NCBI GenBank assembly: GCA_964606455.1
Contig: CAZSGZ010000001.1
Location: forward strand, 1-53,079
DNA: 53,079 bases
Source of the DNA: an uncultured Spirochaetales bacterium
GTDB taxonomy: Bacteria > Spirochaetota > Spirochaetia > SPDA01 > CAZSGZ01
Direction of reading: 5' to 3'
Part shown: positions 41,945 to 52,777 of the stretch, one piece after another
Position numbering within the stretch: position 1 is the first letter of the stretch
Layout: the number at the start of each line of letters is the position of its first letter
Position numbers and translations under genes: made by a program
Notes under the pieces: generated by a model
Told to the model about the DNA's origin: nothing
Database searches by the model: none
The model's input: only the letters and a program-made list of their open reading frames with translations

Positions 41945-44233
41945 TTAGAAGTTTATCCGTGTCTCGATACTGATAGAGGATGTAACCTCCGGCAGTTCTG
42001 GATTGAGACTGCTCGGCAGCACCGATCCGTCGGCTGCATGGGCGGTAGTGGTTGTATAGATTAGAGCAACATGCACGACGGGGACAATCGGCACGACAAT
42101 CTCGCCCCGTACGGTTGTGTAGGCGTCGAAGAGTGTCAGCTGCGGGTTGGTAAAGGTCTCCGCGAAATGCGTTCTGTCGTACCGCAGGGAGCCGTAGATA
42201 CCGATAACGGGAATGACCCCTTCGTTAAGCGTAAATCCGAGGTGGAAGTGGTCCTCGCCGGAAGGCCGGACCGCGCCGCCGTACATTTCCCAAGGCCAAA
42301 AATAGCCGCCTTCGATGGTAAAGAGTTTTCCAACCTCCGCTCCTAGTTCACCGTAAATTCCCATGGTGTATTCTTGAAATTCTTCTCCTCCGGGGTCCGC
42401 GAAGAAAGCGGCAAAGTCTTTCACAAAGGCGCCCCGCCTGCGGTGGTAGGTGGATGAAAGGAAGGGCGGGGTAAAAACTCCCTTCGACAGGCGAAATTCC
42501 GCCCGGTAATCGATAAAGAGCGCGCTTCCGAAAACACCGCCGCTGAAACCGTAGTTGTTCAGGGACTCCCACGTGAAACTGCCCGGAGTCGTTATAACCG
42601 CATGGGGGGCAATCCCGGGTGTAATGTCATCTCCGTAGGCCTCCCGGTAGTAGGGCATTACGAAACCGGCATCACTGAACAGCACCAGCGAAAAGGGATC
42701 GGTTTCAAAGAGAGGATAATCGAGGTCCATGGCGGCTGTAATAAAAACCGGATTGCCGTACAGCACGCCGGCGTCTCCGCCGGAAGCTGAAGTGTCTATA
42801 AGCTGACGAGCCGGCTGCAGGTCGACAATGGATGAAGCGGCAATACCTAAGGGGAATACCTTGTAAAACGGCCGAAAATAAAGCCGCCCCCCCATAATTT
42901 CCGGTACACCGGCGTCGGCTATAAGAGCTTCGAAGCCTGCCGGCTTGAAACCGAGTCCGGCATGGATTCCTAAGTGACGCTCGACCGGAAAGCCGATGTC
43001 GAAGGGAAAATTCCGCATTAAAAATCCGTGTCCCAACGTAACCGATTCGGAATTGCCGATTTGAAAGAAGAAGGGGTCCCTGTTGTCCCCGTATTCGATG
43101 TACTTAATTTTCAGGGAAAGGTCCCGCAGGATGTCGGTCAGAATCGGCCATGTCCCCGTTTTGTCCCTCCCGAAGGACCATTCATCGTTGCCTTCGGGCA
43201 TGTAATAATCGGAAGGATCGAACATGTCGGTGTTGTAGATAATCGGAAGATAGAGGGCCATCCGGAACTTCCCAAACTCCAGTTTCGGCAGAAAAACGAC
43301 TTTTTTATAGGTGGTGCCGTCGATAGAAATCGTCCCCAATTCCATGCCGAAAAAACTGCCGAGAAAATCATACATCGGGTCCAGAATCGCCGCGTCCGCC
43401 CCCGGCAGTTCCCGTTCGTCGCTTGCTTCCGTTTCTTCCAAAGACGCCGGCTCCTCCTCCGGAATTTCAGCTTCGGCAAAACCTTCTTCGGCCTCCGTTT
43501 CGAGTTCTTCTTCCGTTTCTTCTTCCATCTCTTCTTCCGTCCCGCCTTCTCCGGAAGCGGCCTGTTCGCTGCCGTATCCCGGCACAGCTTCGGGGTCCGC
43601 GCCGCGGAAGGACATCGGTTCGAAGAGGCCCGCGAGTGTTTCCGGGTCGAGCTGAAAAGGCGCGAAAACGTCGGCGAAAACGTCCGCCGCTTGGCCGGCG
43701 GCGACATCGATGCTTTCCCCGGTCAGAACATTTACAAAATTAACCGATCCCCGCAGAACGGCAACGGCGTCGGATTGGCCGGTAATGACCTGCAGTCCGA
43801 AATCGGTACCGCGAACGCCGCATACGGCGCTCGGTGTCTGGATCGAGTAGTTTTCTCCGATACCAGACCGGGCCGCGACGGTACGAATTTTCCCGCTTAC
43901 CATGGTAAAGGTATTGGCGGTCCTGTCGTTTGTCTGCAGTGTTTCGATAATAAAATCCGTATGCGGGGCGAGCTTGATAATGGTCCCGTTTGGAACAAGC
44001 TCGAGTTCCGCCGAAGAACGTAGGGTCGAAATCGACGTTCCTTCCGGAAGCGCCATGTCCCAGTCCACGTAATCGTACATATTGCCGCCGGCATCATAGA
44101 TTTCGATTTCGTCGGCATCATCGAAATATACGAGATACGCCGCCGCCGGAGAATCTTCCGACGCGGAAAAAAGCGATGCCGGTACGAGGATGAGAAAAAA
44201 TATTGTACAAATGTATAACGTTCTGCATCTCAT
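41945..44233 (-). CDS. Secreted FecR-domain protein fused via an acidic linker to a predicted outer-membrane beta-barrel-like domain
   Basis: Signal peptide, FecR block (GKIRTV...VCGVRGTDFGL...VLRGSV) and an E-rich linker. The C-terminal ~450 aa is paralogous to the next gene and ends in ...TRINF. Confidence 0.65.
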   Translation of the reverse strand: MRCRTLYICTIFFLILVPASLFSASEDSPAAAYLVYFDDADEIEIYDAGGNMYDYVDWDMALPEGTSISTLRSSAELELVPNGTIIKLAPHTDFIIETLQTNDRTANTFTMVSGKIRTVAARSGIGENYSIQTPSAVCGVRGTDFGLQVITGQSDAVAVLRGSVNFVNVLTGESIDVAAGQAADVFADVFAPFQLDPETLAGLFEPMSFRGADPEAVPGYGSEQAASGEGGTEEEMEEETEEELETEAEEGFAEAEIPEEEPASLEETEASDERELPGADAAILDPMYDFLGSFFGMELGTISIDGTTYKKVVFLPKLEFGKFRMALYLPIIYNTDMFDPSDYYMPEGNDEWSFGRDKTGTWPILTDILRDLSLKIKYIEYGDNRDPFFFQIGNSESVTLGHGFLMRNFPFDIGFPVERHLGIHAGLGFKPAGFEALIADAGVPEIMGGRLYFRPFYKVFPLGIAASSIVDLQPARQLIDTSASGGDAGVLYGNPVFITAAMDLDYPLFETDPFSLVLFSDAGFVMPYYREAYGDDITPGIAPHAVITTPGSFTWESLNNYGFSGGVFGSALFIDYRAEFRLSKGVFTPPFLSSTYHRRRGAFVKDFAAFFADPGGEEFQEYTMGIYGELGAEVGKLFTIEGGYFWPWEMYGGAVRPSGEDHFHLGFTLNEGVIPVIGIYGSLRYDRTHFAETFTNPQLTLFDAYTTVRGEIVVPIVPVVHVALIYTTTTAHAADGSVLPSSLNPELPEVTSSISIETRINF

Positions 44234-44242
44234 GGAAGCCTC

Positions 44243-45619
44243 CTAAAAAAAGCTTATCAGGCTGTCAATTCCCGAAACGGTTTCCCAGTCATCCCCGCCG
44301 GAAGGTGAAAAACGGTGCCTGAGTTTGTAATTAACCGACAGCACCGCAGGGCCGAGTTTGAAACCCAGCCGCGCGCCGATAACGGCGTTTTCCGGCGAAA
44401 CAAGGTCGCTGCCGGTACGGATTAGCCGCTTGTCGTAGCTGGCTTCGATAAAAATCGGAAACAGTTTTTCACTGGTTGCCAGGCTGACCCGCAGGTGGGG
44501 GTAATTCTGGAAATTTTCCTCCGGCGGTATGCCGTTGATTGTACTTGTAACCGGATGTCCGAAGGGCCCGTCGGCTGAAACGAGAAAGGTTATTCTGTTT
44601 TCAAACAATTTGACACCGGTGCTGAGAAACCAGCCGATATACCCCGGAGTTTTTTCCGTACCGGTATAAATAAGATATTTATCGGCACGGAACAGGTCGT
44701 AGGTTTCGTCGAAATACACGGGAATAAAGCCCGTTCCGATAAATCGAATGTCGGCACGGTAGGGGACCATACCGAAGATTTCTCCGCCGACGCCGAGCAT
44801 CCCCCCTTTCGCGGAGTTTTCAAAAACGAGGTCTCCAAAAGTTGAAAGTGTGAAGTTCTCCCCGGAGAGGATCGGTAAGCGGAAATCGGTACCGATAATG
44901 AGGACCGGAACAGCGGTATCCGCAGCACCGTCTCCGTCGATATCGCCGCCGGGGAGGTAATACAAGGGCAGCCGGTCCCCGGCGACGGTAACGCCGAGCT
45001 GCAGCTCACGGACAAAGGAGTCCTTCAGAAACGAAAGGGGCCGGATGTAAAAGCGCCCTCCCATTACATCGAAAATGCCCAGGTTTCCGACAAACGTCTC
45101 GATGCCGGTGAAGGGGAACTTGTACAACTTCCCGTCCATGTCGAAACTGAGCCCGAAAATCGGCAGTTCCGGCAGAAACTGGGTGTTGCTGTAGCCGGAC
45201 ATAATAAAGCCGTTGCCGAGGGTGCCGTTTTCAATTTGTCCGAAATACACATAGAGGGGGTCCCCTTTTTCAGCCCAGCGGATAAATTTGATCTTCGGAA
45301 GATAGACGGGCAGGAACTCGCCTGGAGAATCGATGACCCAGTCCTCCCTCCGGACAACAAAGCGGTCGTTTGTATCGCCTCCGGTAAAGGTAAAATTGAT
45401 ATTGAGAGAAAGGCCGAAACCGAACCTGCCGATGGTAAAAGCAGGCGCAAGCATGAGGTTCTGATACGTTACCTGTTCCTCGCCTTCGTTAAACGTCCGC
45501 GCCCCGATACCGACATCCAGGTCAAAATCGAATTCCGGTTTTTCCCGCGAAAAAGCCGGGAAGGAAGAGAAAGCTGTAACGATAATCAACAAAACAAGCC
45601 TTGCGGCGGTATTGTTCAT
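44243..45619 (-). CDS. Predicted outer-membrane beta-barrel-like protein (paralog of the C-terminal domain of the 41945-44233 product)
   Basis: Signal peptide (AFSSFPAFS), alternating beta-strand-like pattern, C-terminal ...SLISFF. Shared blocks are KIKFIRW..GDPLYVYFGQ..GTLGNGFIM and VMGGRFYIRP. Confidence 0.6.
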   Translation of the reverse strand: MNNTAARLVLLIIVTAFSSFPAFSREKPEFDFDLDVGIGARTFNEGEEQVTYQNLMLAPAFTIGRFGFGLSLNINFTFTGGDTNDRFVVRREDWVIDSPGEFLPVYLPKIKFIRWAEKGDPLYVYFGQIENGTLGNGFIMSGYSNTQFLPELPIFGLSFDMDGKLYKFPFTGIETFVGNLGIFDVMGGRFYIRPLSFLKDSFVRELQLGVTVAGDRLPLYYLPGGDIDGDGAADTAVPVLIIGTDFRLPILSGENFTLSTFGDLVFENSAKGGMLGVGGEIFGMVPYRADIRFIGTGFIPVYFDETYDLFRADKYLIYTGTEKTPGYIGWFLSTGVKLFENRITFLVSADGPFGHPVTSTINGIPPEENFQNYPHLRVSLATSEKLFPIFIEASYDKRLIRTGSDLVSPENAVIGARLGFKLGPAVLSVNYKLRHRFSPSGGDDWETVSGIDSLISFF

Positions 45620-45638
45620 ATGCGGCTCCTTCTATACT

Positions 45639-46130
45639 ATGAATATAATGCGTACGGAGAGAAAACACAACGGTGTTCAAATATACACCGACGGCGGATG
45701 CCACGGTAATCCCGGCCCCGGGGGATGGGCATTTATCTATACGGAAGGGGGACATAACGCTGAACGGAGCGGTTTCGAAGCTGAAACAACGAACAACCGG
45801 ATGGAGCTTACCGCGGTCATCCGTGCACTGGAATACGCGGAGGAACGGGGCTGCGGTGCCGCACCCGCGGCGGGGAAAGAGATTACGATATACACCGATT
45901 CTCAATACGTGCAGAAGGGAATCTCGGAATGGATCCACTCCTGGCTTGCAAACAATTGGAAAACCGCCGCGAAAAAACCGGTAAAAAACAAGGACCTCTG
46001 GATGCGTTTAAAAGAGCTTTCCGACAGGTGTATGCCCCGCTGGGAATGGGTCCGGGGGCACGCAGGGACCGAAAATAACGAAAAATGTGATATTTTAGTG
46101 CAAAAAGTGATAAAAAATCATCAAATTTAA
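45639..46130 (+). CDS. rnhA: Ribonuclease HI
   Basis: IYTDGGCHGNPGPGGWAF, TNNRMEL, IYTDSQYV and GHAGTENNEKCD. The start is ambiguous (ATG 45639 or 45648; the TTG at 45612 would overlap the divergent gene). Confidence 0.9.
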   Translation: MNIMRTERKHNGVQIYTDGGCHGNPGPGGWAFIYTEGGHNAERSGFEAETTNNRMELTAVIRALEYAEERGCGAAPAAGKEITIYTDSQYVQKGISEWIHSWLANNWKTAAKKPVKNKDLWMRLKELSDRCMPRWEWVRGHAGTENNEKCDILVQKVIKNHQI

Positions 46131-46174
46131 AATCAAGAATCGAGAACTACCCGTTGTACTAGACGGAGGTTCTT

Positions 46175-47755
46175 ATGAAAATATTTGGTTTTGTTCCCGT
46201 TGGTTTTGAAGGTGAACTGGTTGCCGTCGAGGCGGACCTGCGCAAAACGATCCCCGGCTTCGACCTTGTAGGGCTTCCCGACGGTGCGGTAAAGGAGGCC
46301 CGGGAGCGGGTGCGGGCCGCCCTGAGGAACACCGGCTTTTCCTTTCCCCGGGAACGGGTGCTTATCAATCTGTCTCCGGCGGGGGTGCGCAAGGAGGGAG
46401 CGTCCTTCGATCTGCCGATTGCGCTTGCCGTGCTGATACAGTCGGGACAGGTCCCCGCCGAACTGCCGGGCAGCCGTGAAATGATGGTAATCGGAGAACT
46501 CAATCTGTCCGGGGCGGTGCGGCCGGTGCCGGGGATTATTGCCGCGGTGTTAAAGGCGGCGGAAAAGGGGATACGCTATGTCATGGTGCCGGAGGAAAAC
46601 AGGCGCGAAGCGGAAACGCCGGGCTGCTGCACCATTCTCGGGGTCGCGGACCTGCATCAGGCGGCGTCACACGCGGCGCATATCGCTTCAGGGCGGGTAC
46701 TGCAGGAACAAGCGCAAAGCAGTTACCGCCCCGTCGGCCCGGTAAGTAACGGCGGCGGGCGCGCCGGGGGTCCGGTCCCGGGGGAAGATATCGCGGACAT
46801 CAAAGGCCACGCCGTTCTGAAACGGGCGCTGGAGGTGGCCGCCGCGGGTCGGCACAACATTTTCCTGTTCGGACCGCCGGGCAGCGGGAAAACCATGGCC
46901 GCCCGGAGATTTCCCTCCATCCTTCCCTCCCTGACGGACGCGCAGGCAATCGAAGTAACGAAAATCTACAGCATTGCGGGAAAACTACCGCCGGATACGG
47001 GACTCGTAACCAGGCCCCCCTTCCGTATGCCGCATCATTCGGCAAGCCAGGAGGGGATTATCGGCGGCGGAAAGGAACTGAGGCCCGGGGAAATTTCCTT
47101 TGCCCATCTGGGGGTGCTCTTTCTGGACGAAGCGCCGGAGTTTAAAAAGAGTATACTCCAGAGTCTGCGGGAACCTCTGGAGGCGGGAAAAGTTTCCATC
47201 GCCAGGGCTTCGAGCAATTACTGGTTCCCGGCGGAGTTTCAGCTTATCCTTGCCGCAAATCCCTGTCCCTGCGGCAATTTGGGACGGGACGACAAGGTGT
47301 GTATGTGCAGTGTTCAGGAAATCGAGGGGTACTGGAAAAAAATAGGCGGACCCCTGATGGACCGGATCGACCTCCGGGTGCCCATCGAACCGGTAAGCGC
47401 TGAAACGATGTTTGACCCTTCCGGAGAAACAAGTGAGACGGTCCGAGGCAGGGTACGGGCAGCCGGAAACATTCAGCTAAAGCGGTACCGCGGGCTTCCC
47501 TTCGATTCAAACTCCAGGATACCCGCGGGGAGCGTCAATACATTCTGCGCCCTGACGGATGCGGCACGGGAAGGGTTCGGGAAGGCGGTTGCAAAGCTCG
47601 GTTTATCATCCCGGGCGTGTCATTCCGTTTTAAAAATTGCCCGGACAATCGCGGATTTGGCGGGGGAGGGACGGATACGCAGGGAACACCTTTTCGAAGC
47701 GGTACAGTACAGGCGGTACGGCGACGGGGACTATTTCTGGAGCGAGCGGTTTTAG
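46175..47755 (+). CDS. YifB/ComM-family Mg-chelatase-like AAA+ ATPase
   Basis: Lon-like N-domain (VEADL...GLPDGAVKEARERV), Walker A GPPGSGKTM, FLDEAPEF, and the C-terminal Mg-chelatase C domain. Confidence 0.9.
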   Translation: MKIFGFVPVGFEGELVAVEADLRKTIPGFDLVGLPDGAVKEARERVRAALRNTGFSFPRERVLINLSPAGVRKEGASFDLPIALAVLIQSGQVPAELPGSREMMVIGELNLSGAVRPVPGIIAAVLKAAEKGIRYVMVPEENRREAETPGCCTILGVADLHQAASHAAHIASGRVLQEQAQSSYRPVGPVSNGGGRAGGPVPGEDIADIKGHAVLKRALEVAAAGRHNIFLFGPPGSGKTMAARRFPSILPSLTDAQAIEVTKIYSIAGKLPPDTGLVTRPPFRMPHHSASQEGIIGGGKELRPGEISFAHLGVLFLDEAPEFKKSILQSLREPLEAGKVSIARASSNYWFPAEFQLILAANPCPCGNLGRDDKVCMCSVQEIEGYWKKIGGPLMDRIDLRVPIEPVSAETMFDPSGETSETVRGRVRAAGNIQLKRYRGLPFDSNSRIPAGSVNTFCALTDAAREGFGKAVAKLGLSSRACHSVLKIARTIADLAGEGRIRREHLFEAVQYRRYGDGDYFWSERF

Positions 47756-47812
47756 CGAAAGTATCGACAATCGGCGGCTGTTTCGGTATATTGGTCTTAT
47801 GGAGAAGCACCC

Positions 47813-49027
47813 GTGAAATTTTATACGAAAGGACAGATTGTGCTGGTTGCCGCCGCGGTTTTGGTAGTCGCTTTGTTAGGGGCCTTCGGCTTCGGATTGT
47901 TCAGCTTTTCGGACAAGGAAGACCCCGCCGCGCAGGAAGAGGCCGTTCTCCGCGAGTTCGATTCTTTCGGCGGTACGGAAACCGAAATTCTTCCGGTGCA
48001 GTCCGGTTCGGCCCTCTACGGCGAAGAGGAACTCGAGAATATCCGGATTTACGAACGCCTGAACAAGGCGGTTGTAAACATTACGACGAAGGTGATGGCA
48101 ATGAACCTCCTCTTCGAACCGGTCCCCCGGGAGGGGGGCAGCGGCTCAGGGTCGATTATCGATGATGACGGATATGTCCTTACGAACTACCATGTGGTTG
48201 AAAACGCCTACGAGGTGCTTGTCAATCTGTACAATGGAAAACAGTACAAAGGCGAGGTTATCGGCACCGATTCGGAAAACGATCTCGCGGTGATAAAATT
48301 CGACCCCGGCGATCTGGATGTAACGGTTATTCCCATGGGGTCTTCGCACGATTTGAAGGTGGGACAGAAGGCCCTTGCAATCGGGAACCCCTTCGGCTAC
48401 GACCGGACGCTGACAACCGGCATTGTTTCCGGCATCGGCCGCCCGGTACGGAGCGACAAAAAAATTGTTATCCGGGACATGATTCAAACCGACGCCTCCA
48501 TCAACCCCGGAAATTCAGGCGGGCCCCTTATCAATTCCAGAGGGGAGATGATCGGCATCAACACGATGATTTACAGCCCCTCCGGCGGCTCCGTCGGTAT
48601 CGGCTTTGCCGTCTCGGTGGACACCGCGAAACGGGTTGTCCCCGATTTAATCCGCTACGGCGGTGTACAGCGGGGCTGGATCGATGTGGTTATTGTACAG
48701 CTGTTTCCCGAGCTCGTCCGGTATGCGGAACTGCCGGTAGACAGCGGACTGCTTGTGTCCCGTGTCATCGAAGGGGGGAACGCCGACAAGGCGGGAATCC
48801 GGGGGGGGAAGGAACCTGTCCGATACGGGCGGTCCACGATTTATTTGGGCGGCGACATCATTGTTTCCGTCGACGGCATGGAAACAACGAACTGGACCGA
48901 TCTGTACAATGCCTTGGAAGACAACAAGCCCGGGGAAATGGTGGAAGTGACGGTTCTCAGGGGAAAGGCCAGGAAGACGTTTACCGTCGAACTTTCAAAG
49001 CGTTCCGAGCGGTACGAAATCGAGTAG
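47813..49027 (+). CDS. HtrA/DegP-family serine protease with one PDZ domain
   Basis: Catalytic triad contexts TNYHVV, DLAVIK and GNSGGPL. N-terminal TM/signal anchor. The GTG start lies 8 nt after GGAG. Confidence 0.9.
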   Translation: MKFYTKGQIVLVAAAVLVVALLGAFGFGLFSFSDKEDPAAQEEAVLREFDSFGGTETEILPVQSGSALYGEEELENIRIYERLNKAVVNITTKVMAMNLLFEPVPREGGSGSGSIIDDDGYVLTNYHVVENAYEVLVNLYNGKQYKGEVIGTDSENDLAVIKFDPGDLDVTVIPMGSSHDLKVGQKALAIGNPFGYDRTLTTGIVSGIGRPVRSDKKIVIRDMIQTDASINPGNSGGPLINSRGEMIGINTMIYSPSGGSVGIGFAVSVDTAKRVVPDLIRYGGVQRGWIDVVIVQLFPELVRYAELPVDSGLLVSRVIEGGNADKAGIRGGKEPVRYGRSTIYLGGDIIVSVDGMETTNWTDLYNALEDNKPGEMVEVTVLRGKARKTFTVELSKRSERYEIE

Positions 49028-49038
49028 GTGCGGGGTAC

Positions 49039-51030
49039 ATGAAGGATTTTCGAGTTGTATCCCCGTACGGACCCGCCGGCGACCAGGGACAGGCCATCGA
49101 AAAGCTGTCCGCGGGTGTAGCCGGGGGGGACCGCTTCCAGACCCTGAAGGGGGTTACCGGCTCCGGCAAGACCTATACCATGGCAAAGATTATCGAACAG
49201 GTCCAGCTGCCGACCCTCGTCATCTCCCACAACAAGACCCTTTCCGCGCAGCTGTACAGGGAGTTTACCGATTTTTTTCCGGAAAACGCGGTAGAATACT
49301 TTGTTTCCTACTACGATTATTATCAGCCCGAGGCCTATGTCGTTTCAAAGGACCTGTATATCGAAAAAGACGCCTCCATTAACGATGAAATTGACCGAAT
49401 GCGGCTCTCGGCGACTTCCGCGCTGATGGACAGGAAAGACGTGATTGTGGTTGCCACCGTATCATGTATTTACGGCCTCGGCAGCCCTTCCTCATTTCAT
49501 GATATGAAAATCGAACTCGGCCGGGGTCTGGAAATCGACATTCAGGCCTTATCGCGGAAACTGATTACCCTGCAGTACGAACGGAACGATCCGGTCCTGA
49601 CACGGGGATGTTTCAGGATAAAAGGCGACGTTATGGAAATATTTCCCGCCTATCTGAAAGAGGCGTACCGGATCGAGTTTTCCTGGGACACCATCGAGCG
49701 GATCCGCCGTATCGATACGGTAAGCGGAAACACCCTGGAGGAGCGGGACGAGGTTTCCATTTATCCCGCGAAGCACTTTGTTATGCCCGAGGACCACATC
49801 TACCGGGCAAGTTCGCGTATCCGGGACGAACTGGAGGAGCGGCACGAGCAGCTGCTGGGGGAAAATAAACTGGTGGAGGCACAGCGCCTGCGGAGCAGGA
49901 CCGAGTACGATTTGGAGATGCTCCGGGAGATGGGATACTGTCCGGGGATCGAAAACTACTCCCGTCACTTAAGCGGCCGGGAGGAAGGAGAACGGCCGGC
50001 GGTGCTGATCGATTATTTTCCGAAGGAATTTTTGACTTTTATCGACGAATCCCACGTTACCATCCCTCAGGTCCGGGGAATGTACGAAGGGGACCGTTCC
50101 CGGAAACAGTCCTTGGTGGACCACGGGTTCCGCCTTCCCTCCGCGCTGGATAACCGTCCCCTCGTATTCAGTGAATTTGAAAACCTTCTGGACAAGGTCA
50201 TCTGCGTAAGCGCCACCCCGAAGGAGGAGGAGCTTGCAAAATCGGTTAGGGTTGTGGAGCAGATCATTCGGCCTACCGGTCTTTTAGATCCGCAAATTGA
50301 AGTCCGAGGTACCGAGGGACAGATTGAAGACCTCTACGCCGAAATACAGAAGCGGATTGAAGCTAACGAACGTACGTTAGTAACGACGCTTACAAAAAAA
50401 ATGGCCGAAGACCTGACCGATTATCTTTCCAACCTCGGCTGCAAGGTCCGCTATCTGCATTCGGACATTGAAACAATCGAGCGGGTGGAAATCCTGAAAG
50501 AACTGAGGGAAGGGGCCTTCGATGTGCTTATAGGCATTAACCTGCTGCGGGAGGGACTCGATCTTCCGGAAGTGTCGCTTATTGCAATTTTAGATGCAGA
50601 TAAAATCGGATTTTTAAGAAGCGCTACATCACTTATTCAGACAATCGGCAGGGCGGCGAGAAACGTGAACGGAAGGGTCCTTATGTACGCCGACAGGGAA
50701 TCGGACGCAATGCGGGAAGCAATACGGGAGACGGAGCGGCGGCGGCAGATCCAGACAGCCTATAACGAGAAACACGGTATTACGCCCACCACAATTTCCA
50801 AGGCCATCCACGATATCCTGGTGCGGAAAAAAGACCTGCGGAAGAAAACCGAAATGATGTCGGTCGAAATGCTTACCAACAGCTACAATCTCATGATCCC
50901 GAAGGAAAAACGGGAACTTGTACGGAAACTCGAAGCTAAAATGCTCGAACACGCGAAAAACCTCGAGTTCGAAGAGGCCGCGGTTGTTCGGGATGAACTC
51001 GAGAAAATAAAATCGGGAGGGGCCGGATGA
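49039..51030 (+). CDS. uvrB: Excinuclease ABC subunit B
   Basis: [12 protein letters not shown], helicase motifs and the C-terminal UVR domain ([12 protein letters not shown]). Confidence 0.96.
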   Translation: MKDFRVVSPYGPAGDQGQAIEKLSAGVAGGDRFQTLKGVTGSGKTYTMAKIIEQVQLPTLVISHNKTLSAQLYREFTDFFPENAVEYFVSYYDYYQPEAYVVSKDLYIEKDASINDEIDRMRLSATSALMDRKDVIVVATVSCIYGLGSPSSFHDMKIELGRGLEIDIQALSRKLITLQYERNDPVLTRGCFRIKGDVMEIFPAYLKEAYRIEFSWDTIERIRRIDTVSGNTLEERDEVSIYPAKHFVMPEDHIYRASSRIRDELEERHEQLLGENKLVEAQRLRSRTEYDLEMLREMGYCPGIENYSRHLSGREEGERPAVLIDYFPKEFLTFIDESHVTIPQVRGMYEGDRSRKQSLVDHGFRLPSALDNRPLVFSEFENLLDKVICVSATPKEEELAKSVRVVEQIIRPTGLLDPQIEVRGTEGQIEDLYAEIQKRIEANERTLVTTLTKKMAEDLTDYLSNLGCKVRYLHSDIETIERVEILKELREGAFDVLIGINLLREGLDLPEVSLIAILDADKIGFLRSATSLIQTIGRAARNVNGRVLMYADRESDAMREAIRETERRRQIQTAYNEKHGITPTTISKAIHDILVRKKDLRKKTEMMSVEMLTNSYNLMIPKEKRELVRKLEAKMLEHAKNLEFEEAAVVRDELEKIKSGGAG

Positions 51031-52283
51031 ACGATGTTCTGTTTGCTTTGTTTTCGGGCGCCGGACTAACGGACCGCTTCGCGGGTATTTTCGCGAAGGC
51101 CGTTATTGTTCTCGGTGTTCTTGTGGTTGCGTTCCTCGCGAACCTTGTCGCGAAAAAAGTGATTATCCGGTTAATCCACGGTGTTGTCCGGAAAACGAAA
51201 ACGACCTGGGACGATATTATCGCGGAGCGGGGAGTTCTTACAAAGCTGTCTCATTTAGCGCCCGCGCTGGTTGTCTACTTTCTCATACGCCTCCCCTTTC
51301 CGGAGCGGGACGCCGTCGTCGAAATAATCCAGCGTTTTACCATTGCCTACATCATCGGGGTCGTTATGCTTGTGCTCAATGCAATTCTGAACGCGGCAAA
51401 CGATATCTACTGCACCTACGAGGTGTCCAAATCGAGACCGATTAAAGGCTACGTGCAGGTGGTAAAAATCGCCGTTATCCTTATCGGCATCATTCTCATC
51501 GTTACCACTTTGCTGAATAAGTCGCCGCTCGGCCTGCTGAGCGGGATCGGGGCCTTGAGCGCGGTATTGATGCTGGTATTTAAAGATTCCATATTGGGAC
51601 TGGTAGCGAGTATCCAGCTGTCGGCAAACAATATGGTAAAACTCGGAGACTGGATCGAGATGCCGGCATACGGTGCGGACGGGGATGTTATCGAAATCAA
51701 CCTGCAGTCGATTAAAGTACAGAACTGGGACAAGACGATTTCCTCGATTCCGATTTACGCCTTCGTATCGAGCTCCTTCAAGAACTGGCGGGGTATGCAG
51801 GAATCGGGTGGGCGGAGAATAAAGCGGTCGGTGAACATCGACATGCGGAGCATTACGTTCTGCACCAGGGACATGATCGAAAAATATAAAAACATCAGGT
51901 ATATTCGGGACTATATCGAGGCGAAAACGGCGGAAATCGAGGCATACAACAGCGAACTTGAGGTCCGCCCGGGAGATGTGATAAACGGCCGGCACCTGAC
52001 AAATGTCGGTACCTTCCGGATGTATTTGGTGGAGTATCTGAAACACCACCCGAAAATCCACAAGGATATGACCTTCCTCGTCCGTCAGCTTCCCCCGGGG
52101 AAAAACGGCCTTCCTATTGAAATGTACGTTTTTTCCAGCGACCAGGCATGGGCGAACTACGAGACTATTCAGGCGGATATTTTCGACCACATTCTCGCGG
52201 TCCTGCCGGAATTCGGTTTAAAAATATACCAGGAGCCTTCAGGCTGGGACCTGCAGCAGCTCGCCGAGTCCCGGCGGGACTGA
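51027..52283 (+). CDS. MscS-family mechanosensitive ion channel
   Basis: N-terminal TM helices and the MscS beta-domain block (GDWIEMP...[20 protein letters not shown]). ATGA overlap with the uvrB stop. Confidence 0.85.
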   Translation: MNDVLFALFSGAGLTDRFAGIFAKAVIVLGVLVVAFLANLVAKKVIIRLIHGVVRKTKTTWDDIIAERGVLTKLSHLAPALVVYFLIRLPFPERDAVVEIIQRFTIAYIIGVVMLVLNAILNAANDIYCTYEVSKSRPIKGYVQVVKIAVILIGIILIVTTLLNKSPLGLLSGIGALSAVLMLVFKDSILGLVASIQLSANNMVKLGDWIEMPAYGADGDVIEINLQSIKVQNWDKTISSIPIYAFVSSSFKNWRGMQESGGRRIKRSVNIDMRSITFCTRDMIEKYKNIRYIRDYIEAKTAEIEAYNSELEVRPGDVINGRHLTNVGTFRMYLVEYLKHHPKIHKDMTFLVRQLPPGKNGLPIEMYVFSSDQAWANYETIQADIFDHILAVLPEFGLKIYQEPSGWDLQQLAESRRD

Positions 52284-52287
52284 CGCG

Positions 52288-52536
52288 CTATTCCCGGCTG
52301 TTTTCTTTCCGGTTCGTCTGCACAAACTGCAGCGCCTTGTGAAACTCTTCGGAAAAGCGGTCGATATCTTCCTGGAAAACAATTATCGAATGCCGCTCGA
52401 AATTCGTATCACCCTGTTTTTTGCTTTCCACGATGTTGAGAAACAAATCACCGTGCCTGTTTTCTTTCACGTTAAAAAAATAGGTACGTTTGCCTGACGG
52501 TACCTTGGAAGAGAACACTTCACCCCTAATACCCAT
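52288..52536 (-). CDS. PUR-alpha-like ssDNA/RNA-binding protein (DUF3276, Bpur-like)
   Basis: 82 aa. RTYFFNVKENRHGDLFLNIVESKK...ERHSIIVFQEDIDRF is typical of the bacterial PUR family. Confidence 0.8.
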   Translation of the reverse strand: MGIRGEVFSSKVPSGKRTYFFNVKENRHGDLFLNIVESKKQGDTNFERHSIIVFQEDIDRFSEEFHKALQFVQTNRKENSRE

Positions 52537-52569
52537 TACACGATCCTTTCCATTTGATATAGCCGCTTC

Positions 52570-52598
52570 AATTTACAGGATAACAGTGATATGTGCAA
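52570..52598 (-). promoter_or_regulatory. Candidate promoter for the PUR-like gene
   Basis: On the minus strand: TTGCAC (rc of 52593-52598), 17-nt spacer, TAAATT (rc of 52570-52575). Confidence 0.4.
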
Positions 52599-52622
52599 GC
52601 GGCGCGGGAAAGTCTGAAATGG

Positions 52623-52651
52623 TTGACCATCACGCCGATTTTTGGTATATA
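52623..52651 (+). promoter_or_regulatory. Sigma70-type promoter for tRNA-Gly
   Basis: TTGACC (52623-52628), 17-nt spacer, TATATA (52646-52651). The tRNA starts 19 nt downstream. Confidence 0.6.
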
Positions 52652-52669
52652 TAAACCGTTATAAACACT

Positions 52670-52740
52670 GCGCCTGTGGTATAATGGCATTACCTCAGCC
52701 TTCCAAGCTGAAGATGCGGGTTCGATTCCCGTCGGGCGCT
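52670..52740 (+). tRNA. tRNA-Gly (anticodon UCC), no encoded CCA
   Basis: Hand-folded cloverleaf. 7-bp acceptor stem GCGCCTG/CGGGCGC with one G-U pair. Anticodon stem TCAGC/GCTGA with loop CT-TCC-AA. T-arm GCGGG-TTCGATT-CCCGT. Discriminator T. Confidence 0.9.
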
Positions 52741-52748
52741 GAAAAAAG

Positions 52749-52777
52749 GGAACTGACCAAAGGTTGGTTCCTTTTTT
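52749..52777 (+). terminator. Rho-independent terminator after tRNA-Gly
   Basis: 10-bp stem GGAACTGACC/GGTTGGTTCC with two G-U pairs, AAA loop, then a T6 run. Confidence 0.7.

Noticed and set aside
46159-46503. 114-aa minus-strand ORF at the start of the comM/yifB gene
   Set aside because: It is antisense to a strongly supported AAA+ gene, is Ser/Arg/Pro-rich, and has no SD.
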